Shown one piece after another: positions 63,356-64,000 of a DNA stretch of 64,000 nucleotides. A program made the translations under genes and the position numbers. The stretch is from Octopus sinensis (Eukaryota). The notes under the pieces are model-generated. The model saw only the letters and a program-made list of their open reading frames with translations, was not told the DNA's origin and did no database searches. Numbering within the stretch: the stretch's first letter is position 1; the number at the start of each line of letters is the position of its first letter. Location: the NCBI RefSeq assembly GCF_006345805.1, contig NC_043011.1:4030001-4094000 (forward strand). The letters are read 5' to 3'.

Positions 63356-63367
63356 GGTACTACTTAA

Positions 63368-63596
63368 GAAGAGTGGTCCCGGTGCGCGTACTCGCGCAGC
63401 CGGGCTAGCTAGTCGTGACTAGTCGATCCTACAACGACTACCTAGCAAAGTAAATAAAACACAAAATGAATAATTTTTTTACACAAAGTAAATAATTTTT
63501 TAAACAAAGTAAATAAAACAAAAACACAAAGTAAGGATCGACTAGTCACGACTAGCTAGCTCGGATGCGAGAGTGCGCGCACCGGGACCAGTATTC
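63368..63596. mobile_element. MITE with ~60 bp GC-rich TIRs and TTAA TSD; Kolobok-like
   Basis: TTAA at 63364-63367 and 63597-63600; GAAGAGTGGTCCCGGTGCGCG...CTAGTCGATCCT mirrored. Confidence 0.9.
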
Positions 63597-64000
63597 TTAA
63601 GTTGTACCAGGATCACTAAGTTGATCTCGGCGGTATTTGAACTCGGAATGTTTAGAGCCGAGAGAAATACTGCCAGGCATTTTTGAAGACAATATTTGTT
63701 ACTGCAATTATAATCTAGGTGAACTCTGGTTTTAAGACAGTATCTTAGGTAAAAGAACTTAAGAAAAAAAATAGTTCATCCTTCTCTAACCAACAAACAA
63801 AATAATAATAGCTCTGACCGACTCAAGCGAATGTGATGTCCAAAACTCAACGATCTCCCTCATTTAGAGTAAAGTTAGAGATGAAGTTGAGAAGTAGGAA
63901 TTCTCAGTGTTGCTGCATGAAAAGTGTGTTAACATACCTATGTTAGTGGTAAGACAAATTTTAATTAATTAAAATTACATATATGAGGATGAGGACATTC

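Overview
AT-rich, microsatellite-dense animal genomic DNA. The SINE families and simple-repeat spectrum point to an octopus or other coleoid cephalopod; this is recognised from memory, not from a database search. No intact protein-coding gene is present, and almost all ORF-track entries are translated microsatellites or SINEs. The window holds several SINE or short retroposon families (over 40 copies) and 3' fragments of RTE, CR1, CRE and probable L1/Tx1 LINEs. DNA transposons include an irritans-type mariner that is one short frameshifted stretch from intact, a Tc1/maT-like element, pogo/Tigger relics and about ten MITE/foldback elements. There is also a ~400 bp 28S rRNA fragment and a few short exon candidates on the minus strand. 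The most interesting signal is a set of hammerhead-ribozyme-like motifs in (TA)n-flanked Penelope-like terminal repeats. One lies directly downstream of a Penelope-type endonuclease C-terminus (22.8-23.2 kb). No CRISPR arrays or prokaryotic features are present. Repeat boundaries are approximate unless a TSD or TIR fixes them.
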